Source: Bacteroidota bacterium
GTDB taxonomy: Bacteria > Bacteroidota > Bacteroidia > Palsa-948
Direction: 5' to 3'
Assembly: GCA_023251625.1 (NCBI GenBank)
Contig: JAHEYK010000003.1
Location: forward strand, 1,380-55,521
DNA length: 54,142 nt
Each line of letters starts with the position of its first letter. Position 1 is the first letter of the stretch. The translations under genes and the position numbers were made by a program. Positions 43,500 to 51,032 of this stretch are shown here, piece by piece. The notes under the pieces were generated by a model. It worked only from the letters and a program-made list of their open reading frames with translations, did no database searches and was not told the origin of the DNA.

Positions 43500-44546
43500 C
43501 TATTTCTGAGGGAAAGAAGAGGAGTTTTTTACATAATCTTCTATCTCCTGAAGCGAAAAAGCAAATGCAAAAGGGAATTTTGTTCCGAGATATTCTTTGA
43601 ATATGATGGAATCATTGATGCCAAGTATAGGAAATTTGCCATGGAAAATAATAAGTACCTGCGTATTTGTGTATTCACCTAGATAACAGGTTCCTGAATG
43701 CTGCGTGATGAGCAATCTGCTGTTACAGCACTTCTCAATTATTTTTGCATTATCATCCGTAATAATAACTTCCACATTATCATATGGCTGAAGTGGCATA
43801 CTGAAAGCGGGATGGCCTAGTATGTATACTTTATCAAAATGAAGCTTTACTTTACTGATAATTTCATCCCAGTTCCATGGCTCTCCATTATTGGGCGTAG
43901 ATGCAGCGCCCTTGCTGCGTGGGAAAATAACTACAGAATTCTCTTTCTTTGTTTGATATATCTTTTCATAATTCGTGGTTTTCATAAATCCCTTTAACAT
44001 CCAGGAGCGATGAATGAACCAATAGTAATAGGGGTCGCCTACATTAAAAAAAGGCAAGAAGGAATTTTTTGCTTCTTTCTCAAACTTATCAATCTCAAGC
44101 TGAACATCAGCCGGAGGCACTGTTTCATTGGATCTTGGAGAAACTTCTCTGAAAAAATCACGTAAGCCGTAATATTTATAAATGATACTTTCCCCATTCT
44201 CATCTACCAAAAAAGGTTTATGCAACAACATCCCGCAATAATAAATCTTGACGCCTTTTGAGTGTAAATAAGAAAGAAAAGGAAGGTTATGTCCTAAAAA
44301 ATTTCCAAACTCGCCCTTAAACGGGCCGTAATAACAACGTTTGAATAATAACGCAAAAAATAATTTCAGGGATGCCATCGCATATCCTCTTCGTATCTTT
44401 AAAAAGTATTTCCACCTTTTTAAACCAGCATATTGATGAACGTTGGCAAATTTTATATTATCCGAAAATTCTGCATCCCCGCAGATAAGATCAGCTCGCG
44501 TTCCGTAGTGCTTGGTGAGAATTTCTCGATAACGCTCCTTACTCAT
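43500..44546 (-). CDS. Hypothetical protein, possibly a divergent GT-B (GT9-like) enzyme
   Basis: No confident family is recognised. The C-terminal LLITQHSGTCYLGEYTNTQVLIIFHG weakly resembles the DSG..H.A motif of GT9 heptosyltransferase-like proteins. The ATG at 44546 (MSKERY) is preferred over the TTG at 44567. Confidence 0.45.
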   Translation of the reverse strand: MSKERYREILTKHYGTRADLICGDAEFSDNIKFANVHQYAGLKRWKYFLKIRRGYAMASLKLFFALLFKRCYYGPFKGEFGNFLGHNLPFLSYLHSKGVKIYYCGMLLHKPFLVDENGESIIYKYYGLRDFFREVSPRSNETVPPADVQLEIDKFEKEAKNSFLPFFNVGDPYYYWFIHRSWMLKGFMKTTNYEKIYQTKKENSVVIFPRSKGAASTPNNGEPWNWDEIISKVKLHFDKVYILGHPAFSMPLQPYDNVEVIITDDNAKIIEKCCNSRLLITQHSGTCYLGEYTNTQVLIIFHGKFPILGINDSIIFKEYLGTKFPFAFAFSLQEIEDYVKNSSSFPQK

Positions 44547-44553
44547 TTCAATA

Positions 44554-45561
44554 TTATTTCCTTCCAATAAATTTATTAATTGAATACTTAATGTAATAAC
44601 TCAACTGCATCAGGGATATGCCTGAAACAAGCACATAAGCGAATATCGTATGGAAACCATTAGGAACGATACGATAAAACAAACGAGACCAATGCTGATA
44701 TGCAATCTTTTCAAATGAAAATGCATCATATTCTTTCATTGCACGATTATGACTGATAAGTTTCTCAAGCCAACTTCTTGCCTCATTTATTGTCTGGGGA
44801 GAAGGTGGAACACTTAAAAGGCCCATGATAAACTGATGCAGTTTTAACTCATGCTCGCTAAAAGTAATGCCCATATCCGTCAACATAATCCGGTGCATAG
44901 TGGCGTATCTGTCCTTTGACTCATGGCTATGCTGGATCGTAATATTCTGCTCACCACGTCTGTAAAAATATAACGATTGTTTGAGGTTTGAAAAGGTGAC
45001 ATAATTTTTAGCATCATACCAATATTTCCAATCCTGTCCAACATGAAATGATTCATCGTAAAACAAATTATGTTCAAGTATCTTATCTTTTCTCATGAGG
45101 ACTGTTCCGTGCTGCATAGTGCTTCCCCATATAAGTCCTGCTTTTATTTCTTTATCTTCCGTATTACGCCCCCACACAGCATCTTCTGATCCAAACAGCT
45201 TCATGGGTGTACCGCAAATATCAACATTGGGATTCTGTTCTAAAAAGTCATATAATTTTTCGAGTCTTTCTAAATGCGAAATATCGTCCGCGTCCATTCT
45301 TGCTATGTATTTACCCTGGGAAATACGCAAACCTTTATTCAAAGAGGCAGCAAGTTTGAGGTTTTTTTCATTCCGCAATATTTTAATTCGCCTATCCTTA
45401 TAATTTTCAACGACCGAAAGTGTCTTATCCGTTGAAGCATCATCGACAATAATAAATTCGAAATCTTTAAACGTCTGATTCAAAATAGAATCAATCGCTT
45501 CTCCTATATACTTTTCAGCATTATAAGCAGACATCACTACCGAAATCGCAGGTGAACTCAT
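44554..45561 (-). CDS. Glycosyltransferase family 2
   Basis: Motifs ISVVMSAYNAEKYIGEAIDSILNQT, FIIVDDASTDKT and ARMDADDIS. The ATG at 45561 is preferred over the TTG at 45576. Confidence 0.85.
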   Translation of the reverse strand: MSSPAISVVMSAYNAEKYIGEAIDSILNQTFKDFEFIIVDDASTDKTLSVVENYKDRRIKILRNEKNLKLAASLNKGLRISQGKYIARMDADDISHLERLEKLYDFLEQNPNVDICGTPMKLFGSEDAVWGRNTEDKEIKAGLIWGSTMQHGTVLMRKDKILEHNLFYDESFHVGQDWKYWYDAKNYVTFSNLKQSLYFYRRGEQNITIQHSHESKDRYATMHRIMLTDMGITFSEHELKLHQFIMGLLSVPPSPQTINEARSWLEKLISHNRAMKEYDAFSFEKIAYQHWSRLFYRIVPNGFHTIFAYVLVSGISLMQLSYYIKYSINKFIGRK

Positions 45562-45565
45562 GTTT

Positions 45566-46579
45566 TTATCTGCCAAGCAAATGTTTTATTTTTCTTTTTG
45601 CCTTGAATTCAACCCAGGAGGAAGGTTGAGAATTTTTCTTCATCACATTGAGCCATAATAACTCTTTATGCGACAAGTCAAATAGTTGGAATTTTATTTT
45701 CTGAAGAATAGTCTTACCGGCGATAAAATCATTTTTTGAGTACACGTTGTTTTTCCATTTCAATAAAAAATATACGATCATCCTTTCAGCCATATAAGGA
45801 TCAATATTTTCGGAAGGTATTACAAACTCATATTTTTTATTTACAGGAAATAGTTCACCTACTAATTCCTGATATTCTTTTAATCCTGCTTTTCGTGAAA
45901 GAGAATGAAGTATACATGCCATATCATTCACGAAATTTTCACTGCCTTGGGATGTTTTTGCTTCTTCATGAATACGGAAGGATGCAGCTACCTGTGGACT
46001 TACAAAAATGCTTTTTTCACCATAGATAAACATCAGCTTGAGCCACCATTCATAATCCATGGAATAATGCAGAATAGAATTAAGCACCCCTATCTTCTTC
46101 ACAGCATCCGCAGTAAAAAAAGTAGCCGGTTGTGATATGGCAGGGTCACAAAAACACTGAATGCGATTTGCAGGGTCATTCTGCTGTTTAAACTTTTGTT
46201 TCTTATTGCCTGTCAGATAATTCAACCCAAAACAGAAAATTTTCTTATCCGGATTAGCAATGTACGCTTCTGCTATCTTAAACAATGCGCCCTCTTCGAG
46301 CAGATCATCGCTGTTGATCCAGTTGAACAGATCACCCGTAACATGTTTTAAACCTTTATTGATCGCATCGCTCTGGCCTTTATCCTTTTCACTTACCCAA
46401 TAACTAAGATCCTTTTCATATTTTTTAATGATCTCAACCGAATTATCTGTACTTCCTCCGTCAATGATGATGTATTCAAGATTTGGATACTTTTGGTTGA
46501 TGATGGAAAGGATAGTTTCTTCAAGATATTTACCCTGATTGAAAGAAGGGGTTACTATAGATATTTTAGGATAATCCAT
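45566..46579 (-). CDS. Glycosyltransferase family 2
   Basis: Motifs ISIVTPSFNQGKYLEETILSIINQ, YIIIDGGSTDNS and WINSDD. Confidence 0.85.
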   Translation of the reverse strand: MDYPKISIVTPSFNQGKYLEETILSIINQKYPNLEYIIIDGGSTDNSVEIIKKYEKDLSYWVSEKDKGQSDAINKGLKHVTGDLFNWINSDDLLEEGALFKIAEAYIANPDKKIFCFGLNYLTGNKKQKFKQQNDPANRIQCFCDPAISQPATFFTADAVKKIGVLNSILHYSMDYEWWLKLMFIYGEKSIFVSPQVAASFRIHEEAKTSQGSENFVNDMACILHSLSRKAGLKEYQELVGELFPVNKKYEFVIPSENIDPYMAERMIVYFLLKWKNNVYSKNDFIAGKTILQKIKFQLFDLSHKELLWLNVMKKNSQPSSWVEFKAKRKIKHLLGR

Positions 46580-46585
46580 CTCTCA

Positions 46586-46593
46586 CAAATTTA
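46586..46593 (-). promoter_or_regulatory. Candidate -7 box TAAATTTG for the glycan operon (would give a near-leaderless mRNA)
   Basis: Plus-strand CAAATTTA at 46586-46593 lies 6 nt upstream of the minus-strand ATG at 46579. The whole divergent spacer to rdgB is only 28 nt. Confidence 0.3.
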
Positions 46594-46607
46594 CCCATAA
46601 ATCCGAT

Positions 46608-47210
46608 ATGAAATTAGTCTTTGCCACAAACAACAAACACAAGATCGAAGAGGTACAGCATCTCCTAAAGGGTAATTTCAAATTATTGAGTTTACAGGAT
46701 ATAAACTGTAACGAGGAATTAGATGAAACAGGAAATACGCTCGAAGCTAATGCAACGCAAAAAGCAAGGTATATTCATGAGAAATATAAAGTGAATTGTT
46801 TTGCTGATGACACCGGGCTTGAAATTGATGCACTGAATGGAAAGCCGGGAGTTTATTCAGCCCGCTATGCTGGTGAAGAACGAAGCGCTGAAAAGAACAT
46901 AGAAAAAGTTCTTGCAGAAATGAAAGGAATTGAAAATAGAAATGCTAAATTTAAAACAACTATATCATTGATAATCAATAATAAAGAAAACTTATTTGAA
47001 GGAATAATAAATGGTCATATATCTACTGAAAATCAAGGAAATAATGGTTTCGGATATGACCCAATTTTTATACCTCACCCCCAACCGCTCTCCCCAAGGA
47101 GAGGGGAGAGATCATTTGCAGAAATGTCAATGGAAGAGAAAAACAAAATAAGCCATCGCGGAATTGCTGTAAACAAACTAGTGGAGTTCCTCAATAAACT
47201 AAAAACTTAG
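46608..47210 (+). CDS. rdgB: Non-canonical purine NTP (dITP/XTP) pyrophosphatase RdgB
   Basis: Motifs KLVFATNNKHK, FADDTGLEIDALNGKPGVYSARY, GFGYDPIF and EKNKISHRG. Confidence 0.9.
   Translation: MKLVFATNNKHKIEEVQHLLKGNFKLLSLQDINCNEELDETGNTLEANATQKARYIHEKYKVNCFADDTGLEIDALNGKPGVYSARYAGEERSAEKNIEKVLAEMKGIENRNAKFKTTISLIINNKENLFEGIINGHISTENQGNNGFGYDPIFIPHPQPLSPRRGERSFAEMSMEEKNKISHRGIAVNKLVEFLNKLKT
47088..47110. repeat. 23-nt hairpin palindrome embedded in-frame in rdgB
   Basis: The stem is CTCTCCCC (47088-47095) paired with GGGGAGAG (47103-47110), around the loop AAGGAGA. It encodes part of PQPLSPRRGER. Confidence 0.7.
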
Positions 47211-48181
47211 GAAAGCGCTTCCTCAATAGCATTCCCATAAAGTTCCTTTTCCGAAATACCCGCATACCGTGATTGCTGAGGAAGCAGGCTACGTTCTGTC
47301 ATTCCGGGAATACTGTTCACTTCGAGTAAAAAAAGTTTTCCGGCTTTAATAATATAATCGATCCGGATCATTCCCTTGCAGCCAAGCGATTTATATATAT
47401 ACTCGCTCAGGTTCTTACATTCTGCTTCTATGCCAATCGGGATCCTCGCCGGGGTGATCTCCTCTGTGGCCTTATCAATATATTTGGCATGAAAGTCAAA
47501 TATCTCGGTCTTGAAAACTATTTCTGTAATTGCCAGTGCTTTAATCTTACCCTTATACCTGACAACTCCGCATGTAATTTCAGTCCCTTCAATGAATTCT
47601 TCTATAATAACTTCTTCCCCCTCCTTCAACCCTTTTTGAACTGCCGGCATTAATTCATCCTTGCCCTTCACCTTAGAAGCTCCCAGACTTGATCCGCCTT
47701 CGTTGGGCTTTACAAAACAAGGCAATGAAATTTGTGCCAGTATATGGTCTACGGTTGCTTTATCATTTTTACTGACCACAATAGATTGGGCTGTGTTAAC
47801 ACCAAGTTTACTCAGCACAGCAACCGTAAATGACTTACTGAATGTCAATGCCGACTGAACCACCCCGCTGGAAGTATAAGGCATGCCAAGCATATCAAAA
47901 TAGCCCTGCAGCTTTCCATCCTCTCCCGGTGTGCCATGGAGGGCCATGAATGCACAATCAAATTTTATCTTCTTTCCGGCCGCAGTTGCAGAGAAGTCAT
48001 TTTTATCTATACTATATTCTTTTCCATCCTGAGAGAGTATCCATTTATCTTTTGTCAGAATCACCTTATAGCAATTATATTTTGCCGGATCCAGGTGCTT
48101 CATCACCTGATCAGCGCTCTGAAGTGATATAACGGCTTCGCCAGAATACCCGCCGGTCACAACCGCAATGTTTTTCTTCAT
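47207..48181 (-). CDS. ddl: D-alanine--D-alanine ligase
   Basis: 324 aa. Motifs are AVVTGGYSGE, HGTPGEDG, FVKPNEGGSS and EVNSIPGMT. Its stop codon overlaps the rdgB stop (TTAG). Confidence 0.9.
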   Translation of the reverse strand: MKKNIAVVTGGYSGEAVISLQSADQVMKHLDPAKYNCYKVILTKDKWILSQDGKEYSIDKNDFSATAAGKKIKFDCAFMALHGTPGEDGKLQGYFDMLGMPYTSSGVVQSALTFSKSFTVAVLSKLGVNTAQSIVVSKNDKATVDHILAQISLPCFVKPNEGGSSLGASKVKGKDELMPAVQKGLKEGEEVIIEEFIEGTEITCGVVRYKGKIKALAITEIVFKTEIFDFHAKYIDKATEEITPARIPIGIEAECKNLSEYIYKSLGCKGMIRIDYIIKAGKLFLLEVNSIPGMTERSLLPQQSRYAGISEKELYGNAIEEALS

Positions 48182-48256
48182 GGAATATTGGTAGTTATTT
48201 GTCGTTGACAGAAGTAAATGTAGGTTCTTTAAATCTGCTCAAAGAGAGATAATTCA

Positions 48257-48264
48257 TACATTTG
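48257..48264 (+). promoter_or_regulatory. Candidate -7 promoter box TACATTTG
   Basis: TAnnTTTG match 33 nt upstream of the ATG at 48298. Confidence 0.4.
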
Positions 48265-48297
48265 TTAATATAGCATTGTTAATTTCTGCCGGAAGAA

Positions 48298-49107
48298 ATG
48301 AAAGACCTTATTCTCTTTTTGAAGACCAAACGGTTCCGCAATCATTTTATGCTTTCCATCCTGATCGGAGGGCTTATCTTGTGGCTTTCTTTCAGGTCCC
48401 TGAGCATTTATACCCACCACGGAGAAACCATTATGGTTCCGGATTTTACCAATGTAAAAACAGGTGACCTGGACAAATTCATTACTGACAAAAACCTGCG
48501 CTACGAGGTGATAGACTCAGTTTTCGACCAAAAGTCAGCAATAGGTGTTGTGATCAAACAGGACCCTGAAAAAAAATCTTCTGTCAAGCAAAATAGAACC
48601 ATCTACCTGACCGTTAGCGCAAAGCTGCCTCCGCTGATCAAAATGCCGAATCTGGTAGATGCATCGATGCGTCAGGCACAGGCAATGCTTGATTCCTATG
48701 GCCTCAAAACTGGAAAAAGAGATTATCGCCCGGACCCATGCGTGAACTGTGTTTTGGCACAAATGATGAAAGGAAAAAAGATCGAACCGGGAACCATGAT
48801 AGCCAAAGGAAGCGTTATTGATCTTGTTCTGGGAAAAGGCGAAGGGGATGAGAAAATAAATATTCCCTGCCTTGCAGGAAATACACATAAAGAAGCAAAC
48901 GAAAAAATTGCCGAGAGCGGGTTCAGCGAAGGCGCAGTGATATGCAGTGATTGCAAAACCAGTGCAGATAAAGAAAATGCAAAAGTGTATAAGCAAAATC
49001 CATCATGCAGCGCTGATAATTTAATGAATCCGGGAACGGCTATTGATCTTTACCTGAGTGTAAAAGCCCATGTTGCATCGCCTTCTGACACCACTAACGA
49101 TGAATAA
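48298..49107 (+). CDS. PASTA domain-containing membrane-anchored protein
   Basis: An N-terminal TM helix is followed by three PASTA-like units (VPDFTNVKTGDL..., MPNLVDASMRQAQAML..., IPCLAGNTHKEANEKI...). Confidence 0.75.
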   Translation: MKDLILFLKTKRFRNHFMLSILIGGLILWLSFRSLSIYTHHGETIMVPDFTNVKTGDLDKFITDKNLRYEVIDSVFDQKSAIGVVIKQDPEKKSSVKQNRTIYLTVSAKLPPLIKMPNLVDASMRQAQAMLDSYGLKTGKRDYRPDPCVNCVLAQMMKGKKIEPGTMIAKGSVIDLVLGKGEGDEKINIPCLAGNTHKEANEKIAESGFSEGAVICSDCKTSADKENAKVYKQNPSCSADNLMNPGTAIDLYLSVKAHVASPSDTTNDE

Positions 49108-51028
49108 GAAAGTATCGGATACAAAATATCAAACAGCAAGATGGGTCTTCGTATTCTACATCTTCTTTCTATCATCTTACATCTTGCATGGCCAGGAGTT
49201 TCTTACAAGTTTCAGATCAAACCCTGTTCTGATCCAAAAATTTGCTGAGATAAAGAACAACACGCTAAAGAAACAACCTCCGGTTGTAAATACCGTTACT
49301 CTCCCCTTCTTTGATGATTTTTCAAAAGAAAATATCTATCCCGATGCAGCGCTTTGGCTTGACAGCAATGTGTTCATCAACCGCGATTACCCAATTGCAC
49401 CGCCTACAATAGGAGTTGCCACTTTTGACGGAGTGAGCAAATCAGGCTGTCCTTATGATACTTCAGCGTTCAACAACCCGGGATTATCCTATCCAGCCGA
49501 TGTTTTAACTTCTCGCCCAATAGATCTTTCAGGCCTTCCGGCAGATTCCACCGTTGTGCTTTCTTTTTTCTGGCAAGCCAAAGGAAGGGGCAATGATCCG
49601 GAGCAAGATGATTCATTGCTTTTGGATTACAGGGATCCGACCAGCAAAGCGTGGATCAATATATGGTACATGACCGGATACAACCCAACTCCTTCAGATA
49701 CTGAATTTCGCCTTGTGATGAAACCCATCGCCAATCCTATTTTTCTGAAAGACTCGTTTCAGTTCCGCTTCCGGAATTATGCAACCACATCTGGAAACGA
49801 TGATCACTGGCATATTGATTATGTTCTGCTCGACAAGTTCCGGAACATGGGCGATTCTATTTTCAGCGATGTGGCTTTTGTATATAACTCCCGGCCTCTT
49901 CTAAGTAAATATTATGCAATGCCCTGGGAACAATATACTGCAGCGGATATGGCAGCAAACCTTAGTTTGTCTATTCGAAATAATGATTCGGTTTTGAAAA
50001 ATACTGCTTATGTGGATACTATCTATAATTCTTCAGGAGGAATAGAAGCTTCTTCCGGCACACCCGTGTCGGCCAATATTGATCCATATCCCGGTTTAGC
50101 ACAGCCGGGCAATGTACCCTACGTAGTTGAATCTCTGAATGGATATACATTCCCTGGCCCGCTTACACAAAGAACAACATTTGATCTTGAATGTGTTTTA
50201 AACACATCGCCCGATAAGAACAGAAACAATGATACGCTGCGCTTCAAACAAAATTTCTCAAACTACTACGCTTATGATGACGGAACAGCAGAAGGCGGCT
50301 ATGGATTAAATTATTATGGAGGGGAGATCGCTTATAAATTCACACTAAACAAGGCTGATATTCTTTATGCGGTGCAAATGCTTTTTGACTGGTTCCCACC
50401 TAAAGTAACCACACGTGAGTTCAGGATCAGAATTTGGGCGGATAACGGAGGGATTCCGGGAAATGTTATTTATACTGACAGTCTTGTTTCTCCAAAGTAT
50501 CAATACCAATTTCACAGTGATTGGGGAAACCTCACTAACACGTTCTATCCATACATGCTTACCTCACCTGTTTCGTTAAACGGGACGTTCTATGTGGGCT
50601 GGGTTCAAAATACCGTTGACCTGCTGAACATTGGCCTCGATAAAAACACCAACTCGAACAGTAATATGTTCTATGAAGTTGGAGCCGGCTGGCACAATTC
50701 ACAATTAAAAGGCTCCTGGATGATACGCCCTGTGTTTGGAGATACTGCCGGGCTGATGGGAGTACACGAATTGGCAACTACCGAATCTGCTTTCGACATT
50801 TTCCCTAATCCTTCTTCTGGAAAGTTCAACATCCGGAGTAAAGTGGCAGATGGCAGATGGCAGATGGCAGATGTTTACAATCTGTTTGGGGAGAAAATCT
50901 ATTCACTTACTAACACACCCCCCTATTCACTTATTGACCTAAGTGACAAACCAAATGGAGTTTACTTCCTCAGAATAACCGACGAAAAGGGAGTTGCACA
51001 TTCCCAGAAGCTGGTCATAGCTAAATAG
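49100..51028 (+). CDS. T9SS-secreted hypothetical protein
   Basis: The start could be 49070 or 49100 (MNKKVSDT...FFLSSYILHGQ signal). The C-terminal type-A CTD reads IFPNPSSGKFNI...VYNLFGEKIY...GVYFLRI...KLVIAK. The passenger region is not recognised. Confidence 0.7.
   Translation: MNKKVSDTKYQTARWVFVFYIFFLSSYILHGQEFLTSFRSNPVLIQKFAEIKNNTLKKQPPVVNTVTLPFFDDFSKENIYPDAALWLDSNVFINRDYPIAPPTIGVATFDGVSKSGCPYDTSAFNNPGLSYPADVLTSRPIDLSGLPADSTVVLSFFWQAKGRGNDPEQDDSLLLDYRDPTSKAWINIWYMTGYNPTPSDTEFRLVMKPIANPIFLKDSFQFRFRNYATTSGNDDHWHIDYVLLDKFRNMGDSIFSDVAFVYNSRPLLSKYYAMPWEQYTAADMAANLSLSIRNNDSVLKNTAYVDTIYNSSGGIEASSGTPVSANIDPYPGLAQPGNVPYVVESLNGYTFPGPLTQRTTFDLECVLNTSPDKNRNNDTLRFKQNFSNYYAYDDGTAEGGYGLNYYGGEIAYKFTLNKADILYAVQMLFDWFPPKVTTREFRIRIWADNGGIPGNVIYTDSLVSPKYQYQFHSDWGNLTNTFYPYMLTSPVSLNGTFYVGWVQNTVDLLNIGLDKNTNSNSNMFYEVGAGWHNSQLKGSWMIRPVFGDTAGLMGVHELATTESAFDIFPNPSSGKFNIRSKVADGRWQMADVYNLFGEKIYSLTNTPPYSLIDLSDKPNGVYFLRITDEKGVAHSQKLVIAK
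50844..50873 (+). repeat. Heptanucleotide tandem repeat (TGGCAGA) x4 plus partial copy, inside the T9SS CTD coding region
   Basis: Copies lie at 50844-50850, 50851-50857, 50858-50864 and 50865-50871, followed by TG. The region is translated as VADGRWQMAD. Confidence 0.9.
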
Positions 51029-51032
51029 CACT

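Noticed and set aside
25797-46579. Glycan island as a classical mobile genomic island or ICE
   Set aside because: No integrase, transposase, conjugation gene, flanking direct repeat or tRNA border is visible. The edges are translationally chained to core genes. Cassette replacement by flanking homology is the better model.
47207-47210. Overlapping convergent stop codons of rdgB and ddl (TTAG) as a regulatory feature
   Set aside because: This is a compact-genome coincidence. No hairpin or other structure is associated with it.
48535-48996. Track ORF 48535..48996 (-), 153 aa
   Set aside because: It is fully antisense to the PASTA-domain gene, which has clear domain repeats and a promoter box. 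The antisense translation is Cys/Phe-rich with no recognisable family.
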